From positions 1 to 33,375 of the forward strand of contig CAXIUT010000091.1 in NCBI GenBank assembly GCA_964035545.1: DNA of 33,375 nt, in the 5' to 3' direction. A program made the translations under genes and the position numbers. Source of the stretch: Bugula neritina (Eukaryota > Animalia > Bryozoa). Shown piece by piece: positions 12,201-23,448 of this stretch. Positions within the stretch are counted from its first letter, which is position 1; each line of letters opens with the position of its first letter. The notes below the pieces were generated by a model. It was not told the origin of the DNA and ran no database searches. It saw nothing but the letters and a program-made list of their open reading frames with translations.

Positions 12201-15200
12201 TTCATTGATCTTTTCAGGCATAAGAATAAGAAGCTATCATTTGTATAGAATCATCAAATACCACCAGAAATCTACCCAAGAATCACCTCTACTCTTTAAC
12301 ACCATTATTGCCTCATACATCAAGATATGTTTCTAATCCTTCATTCCGAACTACAAACCAACTCCACAACTCCTGCAACTATCTACAGATAAAAAAAATC
12401 TAACCAACTCACACCTGCGCTTCAACAAGCAGTAAATCAAAATAGGAACAGTATAAACAGCCTGCATCCTCAGCATGTTTATCAACCTCTTCTGCAGAAT
12501 AAATTTTGTATCACTGGGCACAGGAGTATAAAAAATATTCAACGAATAAGAAGGAAAAGCCATCTATATCGACTACCTAACAGCCCTAACTAAAAAAATA
12601 TCAACATAAAATAAAACAATTTCTTCAAGAGATATCTAAATACTAAAAATAGATGTCTATGGCAACCTCAACATCATCTGCAAAAGCAACCTATCTGAAC
12701 AACTTCTCAATAAAATCATTGTTCTAACCAAATATCTGCTTCACAATAAAGTAGAACTCAAAGGAATCAATAAGTTGCCCATCAAACTCCTCACTTAAAA
12801 AATAGTATAAGAAAATATCAATATCAATCTTGAAGAATTTGAAGACTAATCCAAAACCATCAGTTTAGGCAGTCTCAGTTTGCATCCAAGAGTCAGCAGA
12901 AATGTCAATAGCAATTTGCATTTAGTAAATTTGTTTTATCTTTCTAATAAAAATATATAACAAAATATAACTCTCAATTATGGAATCATCAATAATAGCA
13001 AAATAAATGTAAAAAATTAGATAAAAAGAGTTATAACTTCAGGTCTACAAGCTTTTAAAGTTGATATCGATCCCTCAATCAATGAAATCATTGACAACTT
13101 ATTAAAGAAAATATAAAATTATTATAAACTATGTACTAAAGATCATGAGTATGTTGAAAAACTATACGCCACCTTCAAAATATTATGCATCAGTTGCCTC
13201 AACAGTCCTTAAATAATTCCTTTAGTTATCAATAAAAAAATAAATATCTAATAGAAATAATTTTCATTTATTGATTTCATTGTTGAAACATTGAAGATTT
13301 GCTTGCCTATTTTTTGCTAATTTTCAGCTCTACTGATCAGAACCAATCCATCTTTCACTCTTACACCAAAAAATGAATATCTTCCTGTAAACCTGATGTT
13401 CTAACTACAAATAAAATAAAAATTACTAACCCTCCTTCAACTACAAAATCAATAAAAATAACCTAAATATCCTTATCTCCTAAAAGCAATCAATTTCATG
13501 CAAATATACCCATAAAACAACCGATTCAAACAATACAAATTTATAAAATTTCATAACGATTTTTACTAAACAAAAATAAAATAATTATAAAAACAATATA
13601 ACTAAAAATTATTACAACTATGTGAACAATACATGAAAAAACAAAATTTTTACAACATAAAATACATATATTAGATCATATAAATATCAATATAAAAATG
13701 TAATAATAATTCTGTAGTTATTGATTCCAAAAAATTATAAATATAATCATCAATAAATCATTTGTATTTGAAATAATCAACTTTCAATAAATAAAATTAA
13801 TAACCATTAGTAATAGTAAAAGATAAGATCAAAATAAAATAGTCTAATACATTTTATCAACAATGCAAATAAATATTTTTATCGTGTAGACCTATATAGA
13901 TCAATATCAAATCTTTGTAAAATAAAAAAGATATCAAAAGTGGAAATATCAATTAATAAATCATCAGCCTCAATGAAACTAAAAACTACCAGAAGTAATG
14001 GCTAGTATCAGGTGAGGAATCAAATTCAATTAATAACACAATCATGACCATCTTTAGATCTTTTAATTAGTAGATCCAATCAAAATAGTTTATGAAAGAT
14101 CTTATGTCTTTTCCACAAAAAAAATGTATAACTTAATAAACCTTCACATAACCTCCCACAAGATTCAATCACATAAGTAGATGACACAATCAACTAATCA
14201 TCTGATGCCATCATTGAAGACATAAATTCAGAACCAAAATTAAGTTGCTAAGAACTGCTTAGATTTTCATCGAAAGCAATCGAATAAAGCCAAGATCTAC
14301 TCTATCCACAACTATCGCTCTAAAATGCAAACAGCATCGTCTATTCATAGATATAGTTAGAATGTGGAGAAGATGGGTCAATGAAGTTGTTCGGATAGTC
14401 ATAGTAGTCACTAAAACATCTACACTATTCGCAAAGAGAACAAACCAGCAAAGACGACATTGAACAGTTGATAGAAGATTACGCTCTCAATCCTTAAGCC
14501 ATCAAGAAGATAGCATTCAGAATCAAATATTTGTCAACTGTCTAACTAACCAAATTGTACAATCACTATAGCGGAGAGATAGCATATGTTCTTGAAAGTG
14601 AGTTGAGAAGTAGAGGAATATCAGTAAATAACAAAGAGCTAATGGCTAACTACGATACTGTTTTTATCGATGAAGGAAAGTTATTCTAGAAGGTAAAGAT
14701 AGGTAAATATCATGAGGATAAAATCATCAACATTCCATAACTATCATCATAATTTACTAAAAATTGGATAATCCATATCTTGTCCACCTATAGCAACAGC
14801 ACACAAATATAAACTAAAAAGCTGTCCTCTTTTATGAGAAAAATAACAGTCAATATTCACAATATCAACTGCATCCTCAACTAATCTATCAAAATATTGA
14901 CTACTCTTAGTTCCAACTTTGAACTCACTTACCCCTAGCTCTCCAATTCTCAGATAAAACCAGAAAAATACAAACATATCATCATAGATACTATCTTTTC
15001 AACATTTATTGAACAAAGAATAGCACTACCTATCATATTCTATGGATGGTGGTCACCTTCAAAAGGTTTGAGTTCAACTTATAGCTAAGGATCAATCAGA
15101 ATAATTGAGTTTCTTTTTGAAATATTGATATCAACTTCTGAAAAAACATCTTCATTTTTAAAGTTAATCATGTAGTACATTTCATGTCTCAATAAAACAT

Positions 15201-17314
15201 GCAAATTTACCTATCCCTATCTCGACCTTCAAGATTCGATAACTTTTAACGAAACTCTAGCCTCAAAACTATCAATAAAACTCCAAAAGAGTGAATAATC
15301 GTTTAGCGACAACCAAAAGTTACATATGTTATTTATCATAATGACCTATCTTCAACTAAACATGTTCAAAGAATACTTGAAAGTATAGCTAGATCGAGGA
15401 GCATAGTTAATATCAAAAATATACGACAAAGAAATCCAAGTAATAAATCATTTCAAACAACATTACAACTAATAAAATATATAGTTATAAAGAAAGGCAT
15501 AAATATATTGGAAAATAAAAAAGAATAAAAATATACAATACTAATAACTAACCCTTCATAGAAAAATATTAACAGATATTACTACTAAAATATTATAAAA
15601 CATCAAATAAAATTGTTTTGCCTATCATTACAAAAAATAATAAAACTAAATGAAAGATTAACTCACATATCTCAGAAGAAGATATTCCTAAACAAAAAAT
15701 TATAATGAAAGATATCTTATTTAAGAATAAGCCAAATAAAAATAAAAAAGATATCTCATGTGGCGTAGAAATTTACTCAATCTCATCGTCATTGAAGATA
15801 TCACCCCCACTCTAGAAGCAGTATCTACTTCTTTTGTTAATTAAATCAAGAAAACATCATCTCTTTTGTCAGAATTGCATAGTATATTTGGAAGTATAAG
15901 CAAAAAGACATCGATTCTTTTCAATACTTGCAGCTAGTTTTATAAAATAATGATGGCTTTTGAAATAGCAAAAAAAGAACATTAGCTCACCTTCCATTCT
16001 ATGTCACTTCTTAAAACACTACCATCAATCAAAACAACCAAATAAACTTCACAATCTAGAAGAAAAAGTTCATTAAATAACAATCATTCCATCAGAACTT
16101 CTATTTTCAACATGATGCCAACCGATCTCTCCTTCAACTTCAAACACTGTGCCGATCTCATTCCTCTATAATCCCTTAACTTTGTTCAACATGACCCTCT
16201 TATGCCTCTATATGCTAAATATGCTGACACATAGACTAAGTTCAAGTCGCTAAAAGTATAAAATAAACTTGGATAAAAAGTTATTTAAGTCAGAAGAAAT
16301 TATATATGGGTTGATACCTATCCTTATCTAGATTAGACCTTTGGACATCATGATATTAAAATAAAAATAGCTGGCTAGATAGGCATAGACTATGGAGGAG
16401 TCACACAGTAATGGGCCACTCTACTCATCAAATAGATAACTGATCCAAAAGTTGGTCTCTTTGAATTAAATATAAACTAACTAGCTTTACAACCATCCCG
16501 TTTAAGTTATCTGATTCCCAACCATCTTTAAACATTCACTCGTTTTGGTATCTTCATTGGAAAAGCATTGAAATAAGGATGGCTTTTATAAATAAACTTC
16601 ACTAAATCTTTTCTCAAACACATCCTTGGAGCCAATCTTTATGTATAAGATCTCTAAGATATCGATCCTCATACTGCTAGAAGCCTTCTATGGATACTCA
16701 ACAATGACATTGGCAATGACTTAGACTTGAATTTTACCTATGAATAGTAGGTTTTCTAATAGAAAAAAACAATATAACTTGTTCCAGGAGGACATGAAGT
16801 ACTAGTTACTGAACTGAACAAGAAATAATATATCAAAAAGCTAGCTTATACAAAAATGACATAAAATATCAGAGAACAATCCCTTTCATTTATGTCTGGC
16901 ATTGAAAAAGTAATCCCAGTAAACACTCTTAAGCTATTTAACTTCAAATAGATAGGCAAATTTTTATCAGGATCTAACACTATCAACATATAGTAGATGA
17001 AAAAATATGCCAAATATGAGAATTGGAATGAATAAGACAACTAGATAAAGTGGTTCTGGTAGGTTCTCACTGATAAAACATAGTAATAACGAGCAGAATT
17101 TTTATTTTTCCTAACAGGATCATATAGAGTACCATACAATGGCTTTAAGAATCATCCAGTAACTATCAATAAGATGCCATCATGCAAAAACTACTGTCCT
17201 GTAGCTCATACATGTTTCAGTATCATAGATCTACCATAGTATAGTTCAAAATAAATGCTTTAGAAAATGATCAATTGTGCGTTAAAAGAAGGAAGAGGAT
17301 TCACTGTTAGTTGA
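9279..17314 (+). CDS. Giant HECT-domain E3 ubiquitin ligase (~2680 codons), probably 5'-truncated, two +1 frame breaks
   Basis: HECT domain at ~16290-17314: GEIGIDYGGVTQEW, EDLEDIDP, IELVPGG..VTELNKKEYI, IKWFWEVL..EEERAEFLFFLTGS, PVAHTCF (catalytic Cys 17213-15). The frame is open from the base after the telomeric tract. Breaks lie within 10700-11357 and at the A8 run 14117-14124. Confidence 0.88.
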
Positions 17315-17445
17315 TTTGATTATATGACTATTATAGAATATTACTTAAATAGTTATATTGAATATTTATTGAATGAATCCATAATAAAACCAAATTATAT
17401 TCACATCAATAAAAACAGTAATTTTATTTAAGATATTGTAAGATA

Positions 17446-19885
17446 ATGATTCAGATCTACCTCTGTACCTTTGAAGCCAAACTCAACTCAGTTCGACTCT
17501 AAACCAACAAATAAACAGAACCTCTTGAAGCCATCTGGCGACTATAAAATGGATAAGTAATTGCCATCTCATCAACAAAACCAATACCTAAAAAAGGAAT
17601 CGCCTTTTTCAATGAAAACTTCCAGTTCGAAACAGACCTCGGTCTGGATCCTTAAACCAATACATACCAACCAAACATAGTAATACTCTAAATAAGAAAC
17701 AAAAAGAACGAAGTTGGCAAAGATATTTCAACTTCAGTATGTCGATTCAATTTGGCAGATTTCTCTAGCCAAAAACATCACCAACAGAACAGTTCAGTAT
17801 CATAAGATAAAACTTATACTGCAAACATATCAATAAAATGTATTTAACTTAAAGACGGAGGTATTAAAAAATCACTAAGAAGAAAAAGTTCAAAGAAGAT
17901 AAATCAATCATAAAAAACATATTCATAAGCAAGCGAATCAAAATAGAAATCAAAAGTATAACGTAAATCAATAGATTCTAAATAAATAAGAGGATAGAGA
18001 AATGAACAAATAGATAAGAAGATAAAGAAATTATAAAAATAATTGGCAATGGAAATCGCACAACATGAATTAACTCAATAAAAATTAAAGTAAATAGTAA
18101 GTTAACATTAATTGGTTAAATAAAAATTAAAATAAATATAGTAAAATTAAAATATAGTTAATTAGTTATCAGCATAAGTGTCACAAAGAGTCAATGATAT
18201 CGTCGATTTGACTAATCAACTATAGACAAGTTAAAGATAAAATCAAGAATTAAAGCAATAGAATGAAAGATTTTAGAAATAGTTAAAAATAGTTGAGGAT
18301 AAGATGATAAAAGTTGAAGAATTATATAAAATAAAAAATCAATAATAAAAAATCAATACTTAAAAAATAAATAAACTATAGCTAAGTAATGAATAAAGAG
18401 ACAGTTTGAACACAAGAATAAAATAATTATAAAATTTATTATCAATATCAAATGAAAATTATCACTCATCCATAAAGACAGAATCAATCCTATAATAAGA
18501 CAACACCCAATTATAGCAAACAATATCAACTCTTAACAAAAATATATCATCCCTAAGATCCCAACTCTTTACCTCCCAAAAATAAGTATAAAAATTACAT
18601 AAAGAAATAAACAATTTCAATCACTAGAAATAAAAATCAAACAGATAAATAAGTAAATGGAAATAGAGGATATCTGATGTCTAGAATCAAAAAAATGAAT
18701 AGATCAGAATAAATTAAGTTTAATACATTACACTGTATAATAAATATGTACAAGTAGAGGAAAGATTGAAATTAATTGGGCCGCAAATATAGAAATCGTA
18801 GCTTATCAATTTATAAGAATATTATGAGCAAAAAATAGGACAGTATTAATAAAAATATAATATAGTAAAAAAACAAATGGAAATAGTTTAAGAAGAAGTA
18901 ACCAATCTTGAAGAACTTCTTGATTAAAAATAATAAAACTAATAAATATTGATATAAAATTATAAAAAAATACAAATAGAACTAGATAAAACAAAAATAA
19001 CTGACTAGTGGTGGAACAAAATATTAAACAAAGAATTATAAAAATCTAAAAATGGATTATCATAAAAAAATACAACAAAAGTATAGCTAGAATAGAGAGT
19101 AAGATAGTTACTATTTATATTGAAAGATAGTTCTAAATATATAATATAAGGGTAGAAAAAGAAATTGGAAATAAATCGATTATAAAAAATACAAGAATAG
19201 ATATCGAATAGATATCAATAACAAAATATGGAGATAAAGGAAGTTAAATAGAAATTAAATATCATGCACAAATAAAATAAAAAATTGTTATAAAAAAGTA
19301 ATAAAATTAGTAGGTAAAATTAGTCTTTAATAAGAATGAATAAAAAATTGACTAACTAATACAAACAAGCCAAATAGATGGAATAAAATAGTAACAAACA
19401 ATTTTAAATTCTTAATTATAGGACCTCTTTGTTCTAAAAAATAAATCAAATAACTTAAATTACTACAGAATACACCACAATAGTCATTATTCCAAAAACC
19501 TTTCTAAAATATAAAATAAATACACCCTCCCATGCCATAGATCAGATAAACCAACTAAGATATGATCTTTTCCATCCCCATCACCAGCAAAGTCAACTCA
19601 GTCTACGAACCAGCATAACCTCAAAATTCATTGGTAGCATAGATATCAAGTGTATTGAGTAAAAGATAGATGGATCTTCAAAATTTTATGATACAAATTG
19701 CTAAAGGAAGAACATAAAAGGAAGATAAAGGAGCATCTGTTTTATAGGAGTTAAAGAATTTATAAAATTACATAAGGAAGTATAAGATGGCACTCATGAG
19801 AGGAGGATAAAAAGAAGCTCTTAAAAATTGGCTTATTTCATCTAAAAAGTTATCAAAATAAATATAAAGTTCATACGCTGATTGA
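17446..19885 (+). CDS. NT-type C2 (EEIG1/EHBP1-like) domain plus long coiled-coil protein
   Basis: The N-terminus EAIWRL..KKGIAFFNENFQFETDL..TYQP..CRFNLADF fits the NT-C2 pattern, followed by an E/K/Q heptad-rich region. It ends at TGA19881 in frame, or at TGA19885 after a probable +1 slip at A6 19436-19441. Confidence 0.75.
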
Positions 19886-19910
19886 TGTTATTTTATCTAA
19901 TATATTCTTC

Positions 19911-19981
19911 ACTCAATATATGATAACAATCTCTTTTATTGATAATTATACTCAATATATGATGACAATATCACAGATAAT
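19911..19981. repeat. Short imperfect tandem duplication (39-nt period) between convergent stops
   Basis: actcaatatatgat(a/g)acaat occurs at 19911 and 19950. Confidence 0.6.
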
Positions 19982-21969
19982 CAATTTTAAGCTCTCTATC
20001 CCAAACAACAACATTATTCCTTTTGATATACCTCACACTATTTTATTTATAATCAAAACTTTGTATCTGTATAGGTGATACCTCAATAGTTCCCATATCT
20101 TTATCAACTATCCCTATCTTAAATTAATATTTCTAACTAAACCCCGTCCAAATTATCTTGTCTATAACCATTTTAAAAGGACGTAACTTTTTTTGCTTTA
20201 CAGGCTCAAATTTATTTTGCTATGGACATTGCACAATAAACGTGTAATCTTTAAATCCTTGAACGAAAAATGCCTTACCAGCTTACAACTAATACCAATG
20301 CTACCTATCTTTAAATTTCTTATGACCCTTCTATTTCTTATTCTACTATCTAAATTACTCAGTCGTCTTCCTCTTCTTGTTTTTAAATCGATAAGTCTAC
20401 TAAATCTACTTCTTCATCGCCTACTAGTCAGATCCATAATCTTGGGACTCTTTTTCTTATACTACTTTCTTTTTTCTTTTCTATTTTGTCACGATAGTAC
20501 TAAATATCTTCCCTCGAATCGTTCTCACAAAAGTCTGATACCAGCCGCAAAAGATACGATCGATTCTGTCGTTTATAAAATCCATCTTAACTTTCTGAGG
20601 ATGAGCCACCTAAATATGATAACATCTATACATAATTAGCATTGGTATTACCCAGCTGACCGAACTAATTTTTACCCCAAACCCACAACTGATCATACTA
20701 ATTTCTTCCCTCCAGCATCTCCTCAATAGACAATATCAACTTTTGCTGCATATTTATTTTAGTCATTCCTAGAGAATTATACATATATTTAGCAGTTATA
20801 TTTTTCAACATCTTACCATTCATCTTTTATATTCTAGCTATCTTCACAAAACTTCCAAAACCGATCTCTTTCAACCACTCAGCCACCCTCTCGCAACTCC
20901 ATTACTACATATTCTCAACGTTTCTCTATAAACCTACAAAAAAGTTATAACCACTCGATACCTTCAATATAGTCTTACCATAAAATGGATTAAACCTCTT
21001 AGCCTGCAACTCTTTAGCGCCTTCATGCAATAACTAAAATTAAACTATATAACACTCATGCTTCTAGTTTACTAAATAGGAATCTTTATGACCCACAGCT
21101 ATGCTGACCAATTTTTACCCAGGAACTTTGATTATACATTGACCATTGTTCAACATATTCAGAGCTATCAGGTATAAACAACCTTACTATTTCTACTATT
21201 TATCTATATCCATATCATAGTGAAAAATATTGTTGAGAAGAACGATTCTAGAAATATGCGGATCTTGCAACTAAAACAAACTATAACTAAAAGAATTATG
21301 CACCTTATTGACAGGTATACTGATACTCCAACCAACAACACTTCTTACCATATCCAACTACATCGAATGCTTATCAGTCTCACCCAAAATAACCTACCCA
21401 TTGGTTTTAACCAATACCAATTTCTATGATTTTGTCGATATATCCAGAATCTACAACTACGAAAGATGTTCAAGTTATTTGTCTTTATTTTCAGCTAGAT
21501 AAGTCAGATGGTTAGTTCTGAATATCAAAGCTTTGTTTTTGTTATCCAGACATCCAGTAAAAAGAGGACCGACTTCAAAATATGTTATCACTGTAAATTT
21601 AAATAGATTTTGTAAAGTAGTCTTCAAAATATCTTTATGTTTACTATTCTAATCTTATTATTCTTTTTTCTTATCTTTCTTATCCCAATTACTTTTTGTT
21701 TACTCCTTTTCCACTTCTTTCTGATGCTTGAATATTCTCAGACACCTATCGAAATAGAAATGCATTTGGTGGATGGGCGACTTCCCGTGGATGATGTTTA
21801 GTTTATTTTATGCTAGAAAGATAGCAAAATGTTCTTGCATTATGTATCTCAACTTCTTACTCAAACAAGATATCACCAACTTCTATCTAATCGATAAGTA
21901 TTCCATTATGTAGTTCAGAAGAAGAGGATCACTGAAATATAGAGTCAAACTTTGAGAATCCTTCTACAT
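19971..21969 (-). CDS. F-box-like + RCC1-repeat + SAM + MJ1316 (DUF504)-like protein (658 aa, one 22-nt intron)
   Basis: N-terminal FSDPLLLNYIMEYLSIREKLVISCLSKKLR. RCC1-like motifs ILKVSSGYNFFVGL, LWVWGKNEFGQLG, IDRIFCGWYQTF. SAM motif EEWSCERVAEWLKEIGF..MNGKML..LGM. C-terminal KLRPFKMVIDKIIW..FKIGIVDKDMGTIEV..VRYIKRNNVVVWDRELKIDYL. Confidence 0.85.
20610..20631 (-). other. 22-nt spliceosomal intron
   Basis: gtatagatgttatcatatttag on the minus strand. Removal joins two halves of an RCC1 repeat in frame. Confidence 0.85.
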
Positions 21970-22114
21970 GGGTTGTATCAATAGATATTAGAAATATTTT
22001 ATCAAACAAAGAATTAAATACTATAATATCATAGCATCAATCGGTGTTGAATGATATTGATTTTTGAATATTTGGTCATAAGCTTTTTAATATAATTACA
22101 ATAGTTTTATCTGA

Positions 22115-23305
22115 ATGCGTTTGGCCTCAGACTATCAACAAAAATCAAATAACTCCCAACTAACACTCAAAAACAACCATCGACCTATAGTTAAATTAGG
22201 AAAAGGATTGCCTCAACAACAAATCAGAAAAAGAGGCATCAGCAGGTCATCAGATAACTCCAGAATCGATACTATTAGTCTCAGCAAAAATTAAATAAGC
22301 AAATAAAAAGCTAGATAAATAAACAGCAACCAAACGACTCCAACCTAAACCATCATCACCAAAACTCAATACCAAAATAAAATAAATAAAATATAGTAAA
22401 ATTATGTCAATCATCATCAAATACCTGTAGAATATTCAATCAATAAATAATATAGAAAACCTTAAAAACAACTTGTTACAGTTAGAAGTCAAGGATCTTT
22501 ACTGCAACTACGTCCATAAAGTTAGTATAAAAATAATCATAAAATATCAGTTTAAAATATAAATAAATAAAGATATATTCCCATCAATATTGCTCCTCCT
22601 AGAAATAGTTCTATATAAAAAAATGTAGCTCACTATCACGTCAATCGAACTCCTTCTAAAATAAAATTTTAACATAAAATTAATAACCAAATTATACCTC
22701 AAAAAATATAACAAAAATAACCTTTCAATGATTATGTCCTACCGCAACCTCCACCACAACACTTCAATAGAATATCAAACCAATAAAGACAAAATACAGC
22801 TAAAATATTAGCTAAACCAACTAATCATGATTATTAGCAAAAGGTTCACTTTGTTCGTCATCCTCATCATATCCAAACCATGAATAATATTCCAAGTCAT
22901 CAAAATAACCCTTCTTAGAATAGAATCAACTCTCCTATCTCTCCTCCTCTATCCTAAAAAATAATTACAAGTAAAAGTAACTCTATCTGCCTATCAAATT
23001 CGCATAAAACTAAGAGACAAGAAGAGTCTCCCAGTCGATAGAGAGAGTAAGAACTAAAATAGACCAGAAAAAAGCAACTATGGAAAGTACCTGAATGCCA
23101 CTAACTATCTAACTAAATTGAATCTAACTCCCTTATAGATAATAACCGAGTCAATTCAAGTCGAAGGGTGACCTCGCTTTGGGACGCCCAAAAAACAGAA
23201 AGCAGAGTATCATCTGTGAATGAAAGTTAATAATTAAAGATGCATTAATCTGTTATAATAAATGACTTCTTTAATCCAAGTGAATCTAGGTTCAAGAAGA
23301 TGTGA
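22115..23305 (+). CDS. Hypothetical low-complexity N/Q/S/P-rich protein (396 aa)
   Basis: ATG22115-TGA23305 is open in table 30. Confidence 0.75.
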
Positions 23306-23366
23306 TTCTGATATGATTTTTTCTTTATTCTGATTATGGCGGGTAGTTATTATATTATTTTACTAT

Positions 23367-23447
23367 GGGGTTGGGGTTGGGGTTGGGGTTGGGGTTGGGG
23401 TTGGGGTTGGGGTTGGGGTTGGGGTTGGGGTTGGGGTTGGGGTTGGG
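23367..23447 (+). repeat. Internal telomeric tract (GGGGTT)13GGG, right-end orientation
   Basis: Perfect 81-bp repeat, 61 nt after the preceding stop codon. Confidence 0.97.
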
Positions 23448-23448
23448 C

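Noticed and set aside
11358-14184. TGA readthrough or selenocysteine at in-frame TGAs in the HECT gene
   Set aside because: After each TGA the long open frame continues in a different phase, so an indel is needed and not readthrough.
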